NCBI GenBank assembly: GCA_008632985.1
Contig: QPGO01000080.1
Span: 1-64,000, forward strand
DNA length: 64,000 nucleotides
Source: Psammoneis japonica
Taxonomy: Eukaryota
Reading direction: 5' to 3'
The notes under the pieces are model-generated. The model ran no database searches, was not told where the DNA came from, and was given only the letters and a program-made list of their open reading frames with translations. Position numbers and translations under genes: made by a program. Below, piece by piece: positions 26,501 through 39,329 of this stretch; the first letter of the stretch is position 1; every line of letters begins with the position of its first letter.

Positions 26501-29500
26501 AGTCCCCGCTGGAGCTTTGTAGTGTCCAAGTGTCTTGTGAGAAGAGCATGCGGACAATTGTTTGCTTGACCCAGTCGTGGTGCGGTCTGCAGAAGAGATT
26601 TCAATGTCAATGTCCTCGTTGCAGGGTCGAAGGTGAGGTTTGCCGTCCTCTGCAAACATCCATTCGACAGTGTGGAAGGAGCATTTGGGCAATTCTAACT
26701 CGTGGCCAGCCGCGTTCAAAAGGTCGCACCACAGTTGATTATCTTCCTGCATCTTGAAAGCCAAATCAAGGATGCAAGGTTGAGGACTCGAACAAAAATC
26801 GTTCACCTGCTTGGACGTGTCGTCGACATGTCCTCTGTTGAACATCTGCAGCGAGAGGGAGTGATCTGGGGACTCGAAAAATGCACCATGTGCCCGTTGA
26901 TCGAAGATCTGGAACAGACTGTTGCAAATTTGGTTCCAGCAAAACAGAGAGTTTCCGCTGCCCTGTCCTGTTCCGTAAATGGGGAAGTCATCAGAGTGAG
27001 AACAAGAAGTCAGTGACAGGCCTGGCACCGTTCGCAACCAGTGGCGAGCCTTGTGAACAGTGGCGTCAGCGACTTGAGTGACTTCTTTGGGCATGCCATT
27101 GCTGCGGCTCTCAATTGCAACCAGAGCGGGAATGTTCCGATCGCAGCACGATGTGCAATCATCATCGCTGTGAATGGCGGATTTTCAGGAGGCACGGCTG
27201 ATCTCGAGCATGAGTTCTTCAAGGCACACAGGAGTGTTGGCATTTAAGAAGGCGCGAGTGCCGCAGATCCCCGAGTTGCACAATCGGCGGTGTTCCATGT
27301 TTTGGGCCAGAGCGCGCCACTTGACGCTCGAGATTGATTGAAAGTCAGCTTCGTAGATGTGGATGACACGGAGACGATGCATCTTGTTGTTGCCTGGCTC
27401 TTTAAAGATCATCACGTTGACAATGTCTTGCCAGCGGTGAAAGGAGCATCCCCAACGAAGGGCACAGTTAAGCAGATTCAACCTGATTTGAACAAGGGAT
27501 TGTTGAACTTCATCGAGGGCCTCACGTTCAGGGGCAGGATTGCCTTCGGAATCAGTTGCATCTGAGAACCAATGAGGAGCATGCATTGCTTTCCAATGAC
27601 CCAGGTGGAGGCCGGAGCAAATGGACGTGGAGGTGGATTCTTTCCAACGTTTTATTTTTCCTTCGAGATCTGATGCAGATAGAAGATTCGGCACAGAGAC
27701 TGGGGAACGGCGACGTAAGTGGTTGATGAAAAGGGCAGTTGCTTCGTTCAAAGCCGACGTGTCACACTTGCCATCAAGAATGAGATCCGCCATGACAGTG
27801 TCACCTTCATGGCCCAGGTCCATGGACAACGGAGGTGCCGTTGGAGGGGTGCCTTGTGCCTGACCGAAGTGTTTTTGATTGCGTTGACAGAGAGCAGTGG
27901 CTGCCTCTTCCGGAGCGTCAACAGTGATCCAATCTTGACATTCTTTGGGAGGAACAGAAGGATTGCTGGGAACTTGGACGCTCTGAATGCCTGTGTCCCT
28001 CTGAGTGCGGCATGAGTCAATCTTCCTGAACAGCTTTTTCATCTCTTCTGCCTTGCAGACATTGCACAAGACAGTTGCCTGTTTACGTGACTCCTCAGTG
28101 CCTTCCAGATCGAGCGCGGCTGTCCTCTCGAAAACTTCCCTTTCGCGGTGTGCGACACTGTCAGCCGCCAATCGCTTGCAATCGTCTTGAGCAGCGTGCA
28201 GCGCCTCTTGACAACCTTGCAAGGTGTCGGGGATGGTGAAGGATCCACTCAGTTTGTCTCGCATTGCTCGAATCTGTGATGCGCAGTCCAATTTTGTCCT
28301 CATCATGGATGCGAGGCGGGAAAAGACACACACCCGGCACCTCAGGTCTGAAAGTTCAACCGACCAGTCGGGTTCGCGATGAATTCGGCATTTCTTGGCA
28401 GCGGAAAGAGAGAACTGCAGGAGATCACGGTCCAACCGTTCAGCCAGAGCATGATCTGGAGCGTCAAGTTCCAGCAGCTGGAAAGAGCGTTGCAATGCCG
28501 AACAACTCTGAATCATTGGGCCGATTGCCTGTAGATGAGAGGTGAGCTGTGGTCCAGACGTAGCCTGAATGTCCCTGAAGGATGCCTTGGGTAAATCGAC
28601 AGTCGGGTCACCGAAAAGAGCTGCGGTGTCAAAGTCCACGAAGTGAGCACGATGATCAGAAGTGACTCGACATCCAAAGGCTTCATGTCCACCAAAGCGA
28701 GCTGCAGCAAGAGCGCCAGGAGAGGCCAGCACGCAGTCAAGACGCCGGGAACCTCTGGCATGTGTGGAGAACTCAGTGTCGCCCATGATGTTAAACAGGA
28801 CGTCAGACAAATTGAAGCGCTGGGCAACGGTGGCCAAAGAGTCAGTGTCACAGGTGAAATCAGTGTTAAAGTCCCCAAAAACAATGACTTCTTGATTGGA
28901 ATCCGCCAGAAAATCCTGTGAGACTTGGGATGAGTCTGCACAAAACGCCTTCCTGGGATCGAGTGACCGGCGCCCTAATTGCCAGAGGAGGGCCAATTGT
29001 TGAGCGTGTGCCGTTGTCTTCCCTGGGTGTTGTTGGTTCTTAGCGCAAACTCGACAGCAAGAGACAAACACAACTTGGCGTCCATTCCCACCGTCGAAGA
29101 CTTGAATTGACCACCTGCCGAGCGGGTCGGATTCTTGAGTCCGGAAGCGAGCAGAAATCGAATTACATGACAACAAGGCCATTCCACCCGGTTTGCATTG
29201 CGTTGCAAAGGTGGTGGAACTGCTTGAAAAGGTAGACCGCCCATGATGTAAAGACTTGGAAACGGCAGATCTACACACGGATAAAATGTCGAATTGGGTG
29301 GTGTCGAGGCACACCTCCGAGATGCCAATGACATCGGCTTAAATTTCGGAGGCGAGTTGACAGCACTCATTCATGTCACCGCCACGCTTGTCGAATTTAC
29401 AACCGTTGGCATTGAAGGCGTAAAGGCGCGTATGGTGAGAAAGCTTGGGCCGGAGTTCGTCGCCCACAGGTGCGTTGGTCTTTAGTCGAGAAAAATCTGT

Positions 29501-29590
29501 CCGACGATCTGTGGGAGGGTGGCAACTGCGTCCGTCTAGGACATTCTGCCAAGCGAGAGCTGGATCTTCAGCAGAAGGCGAACGACTCAT
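23576..29590 (-). pseudogene. LINE ORF2 (endonuclease-RT-RNase H), disrupted
   Basis: Pieces 29339..29590, 27185..29314 and 23576..27094. In-frame stop at 29339-29341 and frame change at ~27100-27190. Tyr>Cys/His at conserved sites. The last piece reads through to a stop inside the TSD. Confidence 0.88.
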
Positions 29591-31628
29591 TGTTGGGCCA
29601 TGCTCCTCCGAAGAGAAGACTGAGGCTTAGAGCACTGCATCAACTTGGTGATGGTTTGGAAGGAAAAACTCCGGTGTCGTGAAGTCCGACGGAAAATTGA
29701 TGTTAGCGCAAGTGGTGAGTGGGGCGAGGAAACAATGTCAGGAGGTCGCCCAATTTCTTGAGGGGGTGGAGGCGGCGAAGTCCAACCCCTGCCTAAAAAT
29801 CCGTCTCCCGTTCTTTGTGGTCGCCAGGGCGTTCAGGAGTTTCCATGTTGTTGGGGCGTTTTCTGGCTGAACTCTGAACAGGTTGGTTTGCTTGAAGCAG
29901 TTGAACAATTTGGTTCATTTGTTCCTGCACTGCAGCCAACTGTTGGGAATGCTGAAACTGCATGGTGGCCATGTCCTGGGAGTGTTGTTTGGCAAAGGTG
30001 TTGTGCAAAGCTTCCATGTCCTGAGAATGCTGTCGGCGGAGATCTGCTAGAGCCGTGTCGTTCTTCTGTTGCATTTGTGATGGGGTCTGTTGTACTTCCG
30101 CCATCTGTGCTGATGCAAGGGAAGAACTTGTAGACGACTGAGTTGCTTGAGCGTGCGAATGCGGAGGGGACGAGATTCCTGGGCATCCAGAACATCCGCA
30201 AGGAGTTGCCTGGAAGGAGGGCCTGGGGGCGAAGATTTGCGGAGGGACTGACGGGCTTGGAGAGTGGCCTCGACCAGGGGTGCTGCCACGACCATGGCCT
30301 CTACCCGCGAACTGTGCCGGAGGAGGAGGACGGTTTGACCTCGAGGCCTGGGTGTCCGTCAATGGAGATACGTCTGAGAAGGTTGGGGACTCCAAACTGC
30401 GGATGCTCGCAGACACCATGGATTTACTGGTGTCGGACTGCTCGTCAAGCACACCAGACACGTGAGGTTGATCGGGAAACGGAGGAGACGGCCAAGATTC
30501 TTTGGGGACATTTGGAATTTGATCCATGATGCATGTAGAGACACCAGCACGGGAAGCTTTGAAATCCGTACGTTTGACCAATGTATTGTACCGACCAGGG
30601 GTGGCACTAGACTTGTAGATCTCTTTCACTCCGGAGATGGCCCTGATGTGGTTTTCCAAATAAAACATCATATCCGGGGAGGTGCACAACAGCGGAACCA
30701 CGTATCATGATTACGACGAGCTTGGAGTTTGACGGCGTTATAGAAGGCGAGTGGCGACATGTACCGTGTCTTCGCCATAACAATGTGTGTCGGTAGCTTG
30801 TTGGAGGTGTACAGCAAGGTTTTTCCTGCAGTGCGGTAATCGTCTTGTTGTGCTTCGATGGCACAAGTGACGGTGCGAAGGGGAGGAGCCAATTGATCGT
30901 TATCGGCACGAATGGAGGTAGGTGCGAGACGAAATTTCGGCATCTTGGACTTGAATTCGCCTAGATCTTTTGTAAACAACTTGGTAGCTTCGTCGATCGG
31001 AGCATGCTTGGATGGGGCAGCGACGTAACATGCCGGAGTCGCCGTGTCGATCACTGACTCATTCCAGCAGTGGCGCTTCAAACCCATGTTGTTTGAGTCT
31101 AAAATGCTCTGAATATGAGGATGAGAACGGATCTCTTGAAGGGGGACTTTGGTTAAAATACGGTGGCACAGGCGGTGGACGACAGGGCGTTTTTCTCCAC
31201 TGCGAGTCGTGGAAATCGTGAAGTGACGTTCGTGCTGAAGGGTTGCAATCCATTCTGCAATGTTGACATTGGTGATCTGGTTGTTGTGGTTGTCCAGGAT
31301 CTGAACATCGTTGTGATGCGTGAATGGGATTTGTTGCAAAACTTGAAGATGAGCGGTGGCAAGGGTCATCGGCTTGCACGTCGCCTCCGGGCCACGAATG
31401 TCAAAGCGCAGGGTGATCTCCACATGGGGAGGCTCTTTTGGTTTAGAAGAAGGTTTGTTGGATGCGTGATCAACAGTGATGTCGTCCGCCACATTGATGT
31501 CGTTGTCATCATTGGGGGTGTGGCTGCCGTCAGCGACGGAACGAGACGCCATGGTGTGTCGGCAGTTCTACGGAGAGCGTGGTGCTAAAAACACGTAGGT
31601 GCATTCAGCACAAGTAATCGCAGAATTA
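23591..31628 (-). mobile_element. Full-length non-LTR retrotransposon (Ambal-like LINE: ORF1 plus APE-RT-RNase H ORF2), ~8.0 kb
   Basis: Flanked by identical 17-bp tgtcactggtctaaatg at 23574-23590 and 31629-31645. APE (NANG, GDFN, LDCV, SDH), RT (GTGQGSGNS, GHVDD) and RNase H (ASDGS, SSHRAEACG, HCDN, HWVKGHQD) motifs. Confidence 0.93.
29793..31552 (-). pseudogene. LINE ORF1 (frameshift near 30670-30700)
   Basis: ATG at 31552, 76 nt inside the 5' end; overlapping ORFs 30668..31552 and 29793..30701; Gln-rich coiled-coil C-terminus. Confidence 0.8.
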
Positions 31629-32964
31629 TGTCACTGGTCTAAATGATTTGCATGGCTGCTCTCTGCTTCTTGGAGAGGCCCCCAGCAGCCAATTGGTTGC
31701 TTTTCAATGTCAGCCACCCACCCACAGCCTCCACATGTGTTTCTGTGCATGCTCTTGCACCAATGTTGCCCTTCTCAGATGGTGCTCTGCTGGGTCTGCC
31801 AAGACCATTCTGAGCATTTCAACCAATGGCACACCCTTGTTTCCGCGTGCTGAACAACATTTCCAAGTGGCAAACAACAGCCGCCGACTCCTTGTGGCTC
31901 ACTTGCTCATTGTTCTTTTTTGCAATTTTCTGCAGATCCAAGAAATTTTCTGCATGGGCTCAAGTGCAAATCCTGCATGCCTCAGCAACAAACTCCAATG
32001 AATGCCCTGTCAATCTTCCGAACTGCTTGCCCCGTGCCAACTGGCCCACAACAACACCCTTCCTTTTTCCTGTGTGCCAACCAAGCCCTTCCCTCCATGC
32101 AAAAGTGCCACTTCTGGCACATCGCTGATGAGTGTGAACATGAGTCTTCCTTTGGCATCAATTGATGATTGTCCATTTGCTGCATGCATCAGCATTTCCA
32201 CACAAGATCCGGCGCAGCTTCTGTGCGAGACAAACATTTTTTCTGATGGCCGACTGGCACCCCATCTTCAAGGCTTCCTGTTGCATGCCTGCAAGTCCTG
32301 TGCCACCTTTCTTCTCCACACTGGCCTGTCAAGCTCACTGCTTTGGGCAGTGATCTGTCTGCTCTCACTGCAGTTCTTCTTGGCACGCAAGTGAGCAGTT
32401 CTCAGATGTTGGTTGGTGCTTGTTTCTCAAGCAGGCGCGCTCCCAAGGTGTTTTTTTGGCTTCCTTTGTGGCTTCTGTGGAATCACTTTTCAAATGTGAC
32501 TTTTCTCTGCTGTTGTGTTGCAGCCAATGTTTTTAAGGGTGCCAGAGCAATTGCCAGCTGTTTTGGTGTGGAGTCATCTTCGGATGATGCCGCTTTTTGG
32601 GCCAGCCCCTGCGGGAAACTTCTGCCGCACTTTTTCATGGTGCACGGGGAGTGTGGGTGACCTCAGAGCCAGTGATGGGTGGAGATCTGGCAGCACATAA
32701 AATGTGGGGCCCTAGAATTTTGTCTTTCATTGGGGTCAGGGTTAGTTCTTGGGGTTGCCCCACTGGCCAAGAGCGAGCAGCGCTGCCAAATCGAAAGCAC
32801 ATCAACCTAATGACGATTCCACATTTCATGCATCATACGTACAGTGTCGGTAGGATGGAGTACGGTACATCATGCATCCAGCATCCAGCATGTCATCGTG
32901 TTGCGTGTTGCTGTTGCTGCTGTCGTTTCTAAGGACCTGCTTATGAGATTGCTTTCTATTCAAA

Positions 32965-35258
32965 ATGCCCCCAAAGAAGATTACAGTAGTAGATGCGAGT
33001 GGTGGTGAGAGTAAGGCAAAGCTAAGCAACGATGAAGGGTTCCGCACGTTGACTCACGGGCGTGGGGTTCGATTCTTGATCAACTGTGACGGATACAAAA
33101 TAAGGGGCTTCGAGTCGCTTGAGGATGGCGGCAAGTACACACTTGGTCCGAAACAGCTACAGCAGCAAGATGGTAAGTTGAAACGTTACTCTTGTATACA
33201 CAGTGTGCTGGGCCGGTCAAAAATCGATTTGATATATGTATTCTCATACATGTTCAATCTCACGCAAGGTATCAACTCCTAGATCCTAGATGACCTGGAC
33301 CTTTCAACGTTGATAAAAAATAAATTGGTTGAGGCTCGTTGGGAAAGCTTGGAGGCCGAAAGATCCACCAAGCTACCACAAGAAGTGGACGAGAACAATG
33401 CAGTAGATCTTGGCAAGTATTTGAAATTCGTCAATCGTGAGAAGAGCATCAACGAGCTGTTGAAGCACGCCGCAGGCCAATTCTTTATGTATCTGAGCGA
33501 CGAAGGAATCGGGGAGAAACGATCGCAGTTTGCAGCCTGTTCAGGAGGGCCTGGGTTGGGAAAAACAACATTTTGTTGCAAGGCGTTCACAAGAGCAGCA
33601 GATGTTGACAAGAACAACGAGCTATGGGTCAAGGTGCCTAACAAGGACAGGTTTTATCCCGTGGTCAAAGCGTGCGTCAATAAAGGTCGACAATACCGGA
33701 TCACTTTTGGTGGCGACACTCTAGCAACGGACGACGACTATCAAGCTCCTTCCATGAGTCTTGCTCATCGCCTCACGGCAATTATTACCAAAGAAAAACA
33801 CCGTTTCCCAGATGGGAAGGGAAGCAACCAACTCTACCGTGTCCTCTGCGAGATTACCGGAGGGAATCCCGATGCCATGGTTGTTATCAACTTTGATGAA
33901 ACCAACATGGTCATGGCGTTCAATCAAGGAAGAAATTACTTGAGGCAAGTATTAGCGGCTGTGCAGGAGTTCAATAGAAACCGCCAGGGTTTCATATTCT
34001 GCACACTGAGTGGGACGAATGTTAGGGCTCTGCACGATCTTCTAAAGGCCTCTTCTTGTGGAAAGCCCCCAACAGAGATACCGCTACCATTGTTACAAAA
34101 AAATCACGTGTACGAGGTGGTGAAGGATCTATTGGACCGGTCCAATCCCGACCAGAAGGTCGAAGTTTCTCAAGACTGCAAGGAGGAACTTGATTTTGTT
34201 GCGCAGGTGCTCGGTGGAGTGCCTCGCTACATTGAGATGCTGATCTACAGTTTAGGGGAGCAAAAAGCAGAGGGCCTTTGCAATGCATGTGTATTGTGAT
34301 GCTTTCCGTTCAAATACGGTTCACCCTCACACCGTGCTGGAGCGTGTCAAGGCGCTCATCAATTCACGTTATGGATGGGCGTTTGCCGGCTTGGTCCGAG
34401 CTGCACCATGCAAAATTCTCGCATCCTACTCTCTCTTTCAGTGGCCGATAGGCCGTGACAAGTCAGTTGGAGTTCATACTATTGGCAAGCTTGAAACCGA
34501 CGGAGTTGTCCTTGTTCAAGACGACAGAATTGTGTTTCCGTTGGTTTTGCTTCGTAATTTTGCTGAGGCCGGTCATGCGCAATACCTTCCTATGCTGTTA
34601 CAGAAGTTTGACGTGATGCTTAGCCCTGACGAGAATGAGCGAAACACTCTGGGTATATTCGCTATGAAGTGCAGCGCTCTCAGCGAGAATAGCGAGCTTG
34701 TCATTCTAAGGAAGCTATTCCCGTTGGAAGAGTTTCCCCAGATAACCGACAGAGTAAGAAATACAGAGATGAGCTTTGATCAATTCGAGCTTAAGAGAGC
34801 AAAGAGCAGAGTCGAGAAATCTTCGTGGAGTGAGTGGCTCGCAACTTTAGGCGAGAAAGGTTGCTTCCTTCTCAATTGCAGGGGGCAAAGTTTGCTGACA
34901 TGATCATAGTTAGTAAGGGGGCGCGTATGTGGTCTTCATTAAGGAAAAGCAGAGGGAAGTTGCCAAGGCTCAAGCACATAAGAGAAGAAAGGTTCCCACA
35001 CTCAGCTACGCAACGGTGAAATTGGAGCACGACAAATGCGATGTCATCACACCCCATTTGTTTGTCATAATCACTGATGAGGAGTTTGATGACTTTGGAA
35101 GTTTGAGGGAGAATGAGATTGTGCTATCATCTGAGATGCACAGCGCCGCAATTGGTCCACTGTTAGCTTTGTTACGAAAACACAATCATGCCCACCAACC
35201 TCCAATGATGTCTTGCAATATTTGGACGACTAGTGCTATCACTCAACATGACCTTTAG
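32965..35258 (+). CDS. Crinkler-like protein: small N-terminal header, P-loop NTPase, PD-(D/E)xK-like nuclease; frameshifted (pseudogene or assembly errors)
   Basis: Header ending FESLEDGGKYTLG; intron from 33173 (gtaag), with an acceptor at 33289 keeping the frame; Walker A GGPGLGKT; Walker B VVINFDE; C-terminal FADMIIV...FIKEKQ; frame changes at ~34280 and ~34880-34930. Confidence 0.65.
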
Positions 35259-35559
35259 GCGTTGGTTTGATACATTCTTTCAGTCTATCCGTATAGACAG
35301 GTTGCAGATCGCATCTTGCTGCCGAGATTTCTGTACCAATCATTACGACGGCCGAGCTAATTCGTGAGAAGCGCAAACTGAAGACTACGTGTCATCGATG
35401 GACCTCATTGATTGCCGACATCATAATGCTTGTTAAAAGAGTGGACGTCCATTGGTTATTAGTTGGTTTTTACATTTCGGGTAAAGAAGCTTCAGTCTAC
35501 AGCACACGAGGCAACAAAGCAGGGCCGCACAGCTCGACTGGGTAAGACAGGATCGTACC

Positions 35560-37146
35560 AGATGATTCTGCTGGAATCATACCAATCTGAACAATTTGGT
35601 ACTAATATCGGCAAATCCGGAGTAATGACAAAGAAAGACCTTTACGCTTCTCTTTGTGCCGCAAGGGAAAACAGTCACAATCAGAGGTGCCGTGCGATTG
35701 AACAGAATCTTGCGGAGGCCACTGAAATTGACAAAGATACACATGGATGCTTTGACGCTCGTTTGGCTCTTGACCAAACTCGAGCTTCGACTCTTTTCAC
35801 GAGCCTCTTCAATTCTTTTAAGAAGAAGCAGATGCCATCCGAAAGAATATTGACATAGCTTTCGCTGTGGATCAAACCGGGAGTATGGCACCCTACACTC
35901 AGTCAGCGATGGACACGTCATTGGCCATTAGCCTAGCTCTATTGCAACAAAACTACAGACGCAGTTTCCCGAGATCAATTATACGATCAGGGTTGGAGTC
36001 ATGGGCTTCCGTGCTCTCGATGACCAAAATCAGTTTCATTTCAATGCTTGGGGTAACCTCGAGCACTTCACAGAAGACATCAATGCTGCGGTCAAGGCGA
36101 TCAAAAGGACGCTTGCTGATCCGTCTGGAGGGGGCGACATAACCGAAGATTATCTGGGAGCTATCGATCGTTGTTGTAAGTGGCAGTCTTCCGGTGAATA
36201 GACTTCCCAGGTAAAGTTTTTGCTCTTTCTGACAGATGCGCCTGCTCATGGCATGGTGCCTACTGCTGCGGGAGGCACTATGAATGCCGACAGTCACTCG
36301 GCGGTGCATCCTAGGGGTTTGACGACCAAAGACGTTGCGACCAGCTTGATAGAGCGAGATACTCTTGTGCTCTTACAATCCCCGAGCGACAAACACTACC
36401 GAAGCAGAGCTCTCGAAGGATCTCCTTAGCCATCCGAAAAACAGCTCCGGCCTGGAAGTCTTCCCCATTGCCATGGTGAATCCCAACAAGCAGTCCACCG
36501 GCAACATTCTAACATCTGGCCCTGGAAAACACTTTGTATTTGTTCTTGACGAATCGCGCTCGATGACTGATGGTTGGTCGTGTGTTGTACAAGCCTACAA
36601 TCGGTTCAGCGAGAAAAGGAGAAACAACCAGTGCGGTTCGGATTTGGTGTCTGTTGTGCAATTTGAATCAAATGCCAGGACACTGTAGACATGGTAGGGC
36701 TTTCGCAGGCTCCAGCAGATTTGGACTTTCGCTCAGGTGGAACCAATTTCAACCCCGCGGCTACGTCAGCCTCCGACATGGTCAAGGCAAGCCCTCACTC
36801 CCACGCTCCAGTCGTTGTGTTTATGAGTGACGGCGCTGCCGATGATTCTGCCGACGCAGCTGCTACTCTCTCTGACACAAATTCAGCGGTGCGCAATACA
36901 TATGGCGACCACATGGAGCTTCACGTTATTGCATTTGGCATTGGAGCCAATACGTCGCAGCTTCAGGCTATCGCCGACGCTTCTCCCAGGGGCAAGCTGT
37001 ATTCAAGTAGTGATACGACTGAACTTTCCGATATTTTTGTCAACATTGCCGGTGGTCAGGACGTATCTCAAGCTCTTCAGGCCGAAGTTGGCAAAAGGAT
37101 CTCCGACGCAGTCTCTGACCGTCTATCTATTGAATATCTTGGGTAG
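35560..37146 (+). pseudogene. Protein with two von Willebrand factor A domains, interrupted by stops and frameshifts
   Basis: AVDQTGSM...GGGDITED...FLTDAPAHG (vWA1); FVLDESRSM...VVQF...GGTNF...FMSDG (vWA2); in-frame TAG at ~36199 and ~36686. Confidence 0.7.
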
Positions 37147-37490
37147 TACAGAGGTAGACTATCTGTTACGTTGCACAATACATATTCACGTTTCTGTCTA
37201 ATGGTCGGCAATTGGAGAAGATTGACAGATACCATTAGAATCAGTTGTTACACGTCTTCATTTCTCGTTGAGGTCTTGTGCACGTGGTCTTGTTTACATG
37301 CTACGTTGAGTGGAGCGATCTCGACTCCATTCGCATCTGGGTCAGCTCCAGTGTCCAGCAAGAGGAGCAAACGAGACGACAGAAAAAAGATTGGGAACAG
37401 ATCCAATGATTCTTTGAGCAAGGCTAGATAGGCTATTTCTTAGAGATGAACCAGCATCCAGAAATTCAGCAATGAGGCATCCTGCAATGA

Positions 37491-38793
37491 TCAAGAGATT
37501 GCGTCTTCACTTAACAGCGTGTCGTTCTTTTGATCCTTTTCTACAAGGTAGTCCGAAAGAGACTCAAGCGCATACGAGACTGCATCTCCAAAATCCGTAG
37601 AATTGACAGGACTACCCCAGCCATAAGTAAACGCCATTTGAACTCTTTTCATGGTGGAGCGCAGTTTTGCCTTTTCCGCAGAATCAATGGACTGAAAAAG
37701 ATCATCCAACGTTTTCCCTGGATCTTCTGTAAACAGGGCTTCATCGACTTCTGGAAACATGTTCCAATCAATCTGGTTCTCAAACGGCATTTGCAATCGG
37801 TTAGCCACAGTCCATCCAAACCCAGGATGACACGGAGGCTCGCACAACCCACGTAATCGAGAGCCAATCCGCACTGGTATGCAGCCATGTAGCATCGATG
37901 AAGCAAGTGACCTCGATCCGGGAGTGTCACCACAAAGAATCAAACAGTACTCGGAGGTAAACATGCGAGTATTGTACTCATCTTGGGTCAATCGGTTACC
38001 TTCAGAGACTATGCGTACATCCATGTCAGTTCGATTCTGCAATGGCTGAATCATTTTGGTTCGATTGCATCCGCTCCACCTAACTGCATGGCTCCGCCTA
38101 TCTCCAGCATAGAAAGCAAAGTCTTTTGTTCGCTCCGTGTCGACTTTTTTCTCGAGTTGGTCTCTGGAAAAAGTGGTCGTAACGACAAAAGGAACGGGGA
38201 TAATGTCATTAGGATCCACTTTTTTCGTCCAAAACTGGTTGCGTTCAAAACCAAAAGAAGCCCAAGTAACATTGTTGTCTTCAAGAGTTGCTTTCAGTTC
38301 TTTGAGACCAATGACGTCGTTTGCGAAAATTGTGGGAATTGCAACGACGTGTGTTTTGTTGGGAATGAGTCGTTGGCGCAACAGCTCGATCCATTCTTCA
38401 GTTTTGTACGGAACTCCACTGGGGAAGACCCCCTGAGGTGCCTGAGCATTTGATTGAAATGGAGATAGCCGGGAATAATAACAACGTCAGCTTGTGACGG
38501 GTCATCTGTACGAGCGGTGTGCCGTTCCAAAGCTCGATGCAACCAAACTTCGGCCTCCTTCTCATTGATTTCGTATTCATAAAACAGGTAGGCCTCTTCG
38601 GTGAAGTTCCCAAGAAGCCACGTAGTGATTTCAGGCATTGGGAGAATGTAGAATTTTGTATCTCGTTTCTGTTGGACGTTTCTCTTATAAGATATTGTAC
38701 GGTGCTCCAATTCCACACAAAGAAATGGATTACAATGAATGCCATCATGGCATGTGTAAGAAGATGCCGAATCCCACTAACGAAGTCCTTCAT
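37491..38793 (-). CDS. Exostosin-like glycosyltransferase (GT47), type II membrane protein; two homopolymer-associated frameshifts
   Basis: N-terminal hydrophobic segment, KFYIL, RTDDPSQADV and SEYCLILCGDTPGSRSLASSMLHGCIPV; frames join at the A4 run (~38655) and G5 run (~38430). The true start may lie further upstream. Confidence 0.8.
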
Positions 38794-39329
38794 CCCTGAA
38801 AATGTTGTCGTGCCCTAGACAATCAAATGATGCCGAAACAACTGGCTTTTCGAATCGCATGCAACGTGACGTTGATCGGACTGTGGTGGTTTCCCTCGAA
38901 TACGCCAACCGACTAAAAAAAATAAAAACTACTCAGTTCCCAGCATCACAAGACTTTGAATAAGAAAAGGAACAGCCATGCACCATGCCAAAGAAAAAAA
39001 CATGGAAACCCTCGTGACCTCTGAGACCTGCGACCTGCGGAGCATGGAGCATCGCATGCAGCCTCATCTGCATGGTTACGACATTTTCGAAAATTTGCTT
39101 GGCGCATTCAAAATGTCGCCTGCACCGAAAAAATTATCGTACTGAAACCTTACGCTCGCTACGACGTACGCCAAAAAATACATAATGACACAGACATTTC
39201 TGTACAGACATTTTCAACAAGGGCAATATGCAATAAAGTACTACTGGACAGTAAAGGCGCGTGGAGAGCGTGCGCGAACGAAGCTGGTGCTCATCTTTTT
39301 TTTCTTCTCTCGATTTTCGATTTTCAATT

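Larger units (their letters stand above)
21340..32760 (+). mobile_element. Possible decayed hAT-like DNA transposon interrupted by the LINE
   Basis: Weak motifs GQTDNVAVN (~22910) and ASVESLF (~32470) on either side of the LINE; ends not defined. Confidence 0.3.

Noticed and set aside
1..31628. RNA editing (ADAR-like) or RT-stage hypermutation as the cause
   Set aside because: That would give one-strand A>G in retroelements only. Here A>G and T>C coexist on one strand, and TIR elements, tandem repeats and host genes are also affected.
23591..31628. Diversity-generating retroelement (RT plus adenine mutagenesis)
   Set aside because: The RT is a LINE type with APE and RNase H, there is no TR/VR pair, and the changes are TpA-specific transitions over tens of kb rather than A>N in a short region.
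14371..32765. One large hAT element bounded by CAGTG (14371) and CACTG (32765)
   Set aside because: The inverted match is short and the flanking 8-mers do not form a TSD.
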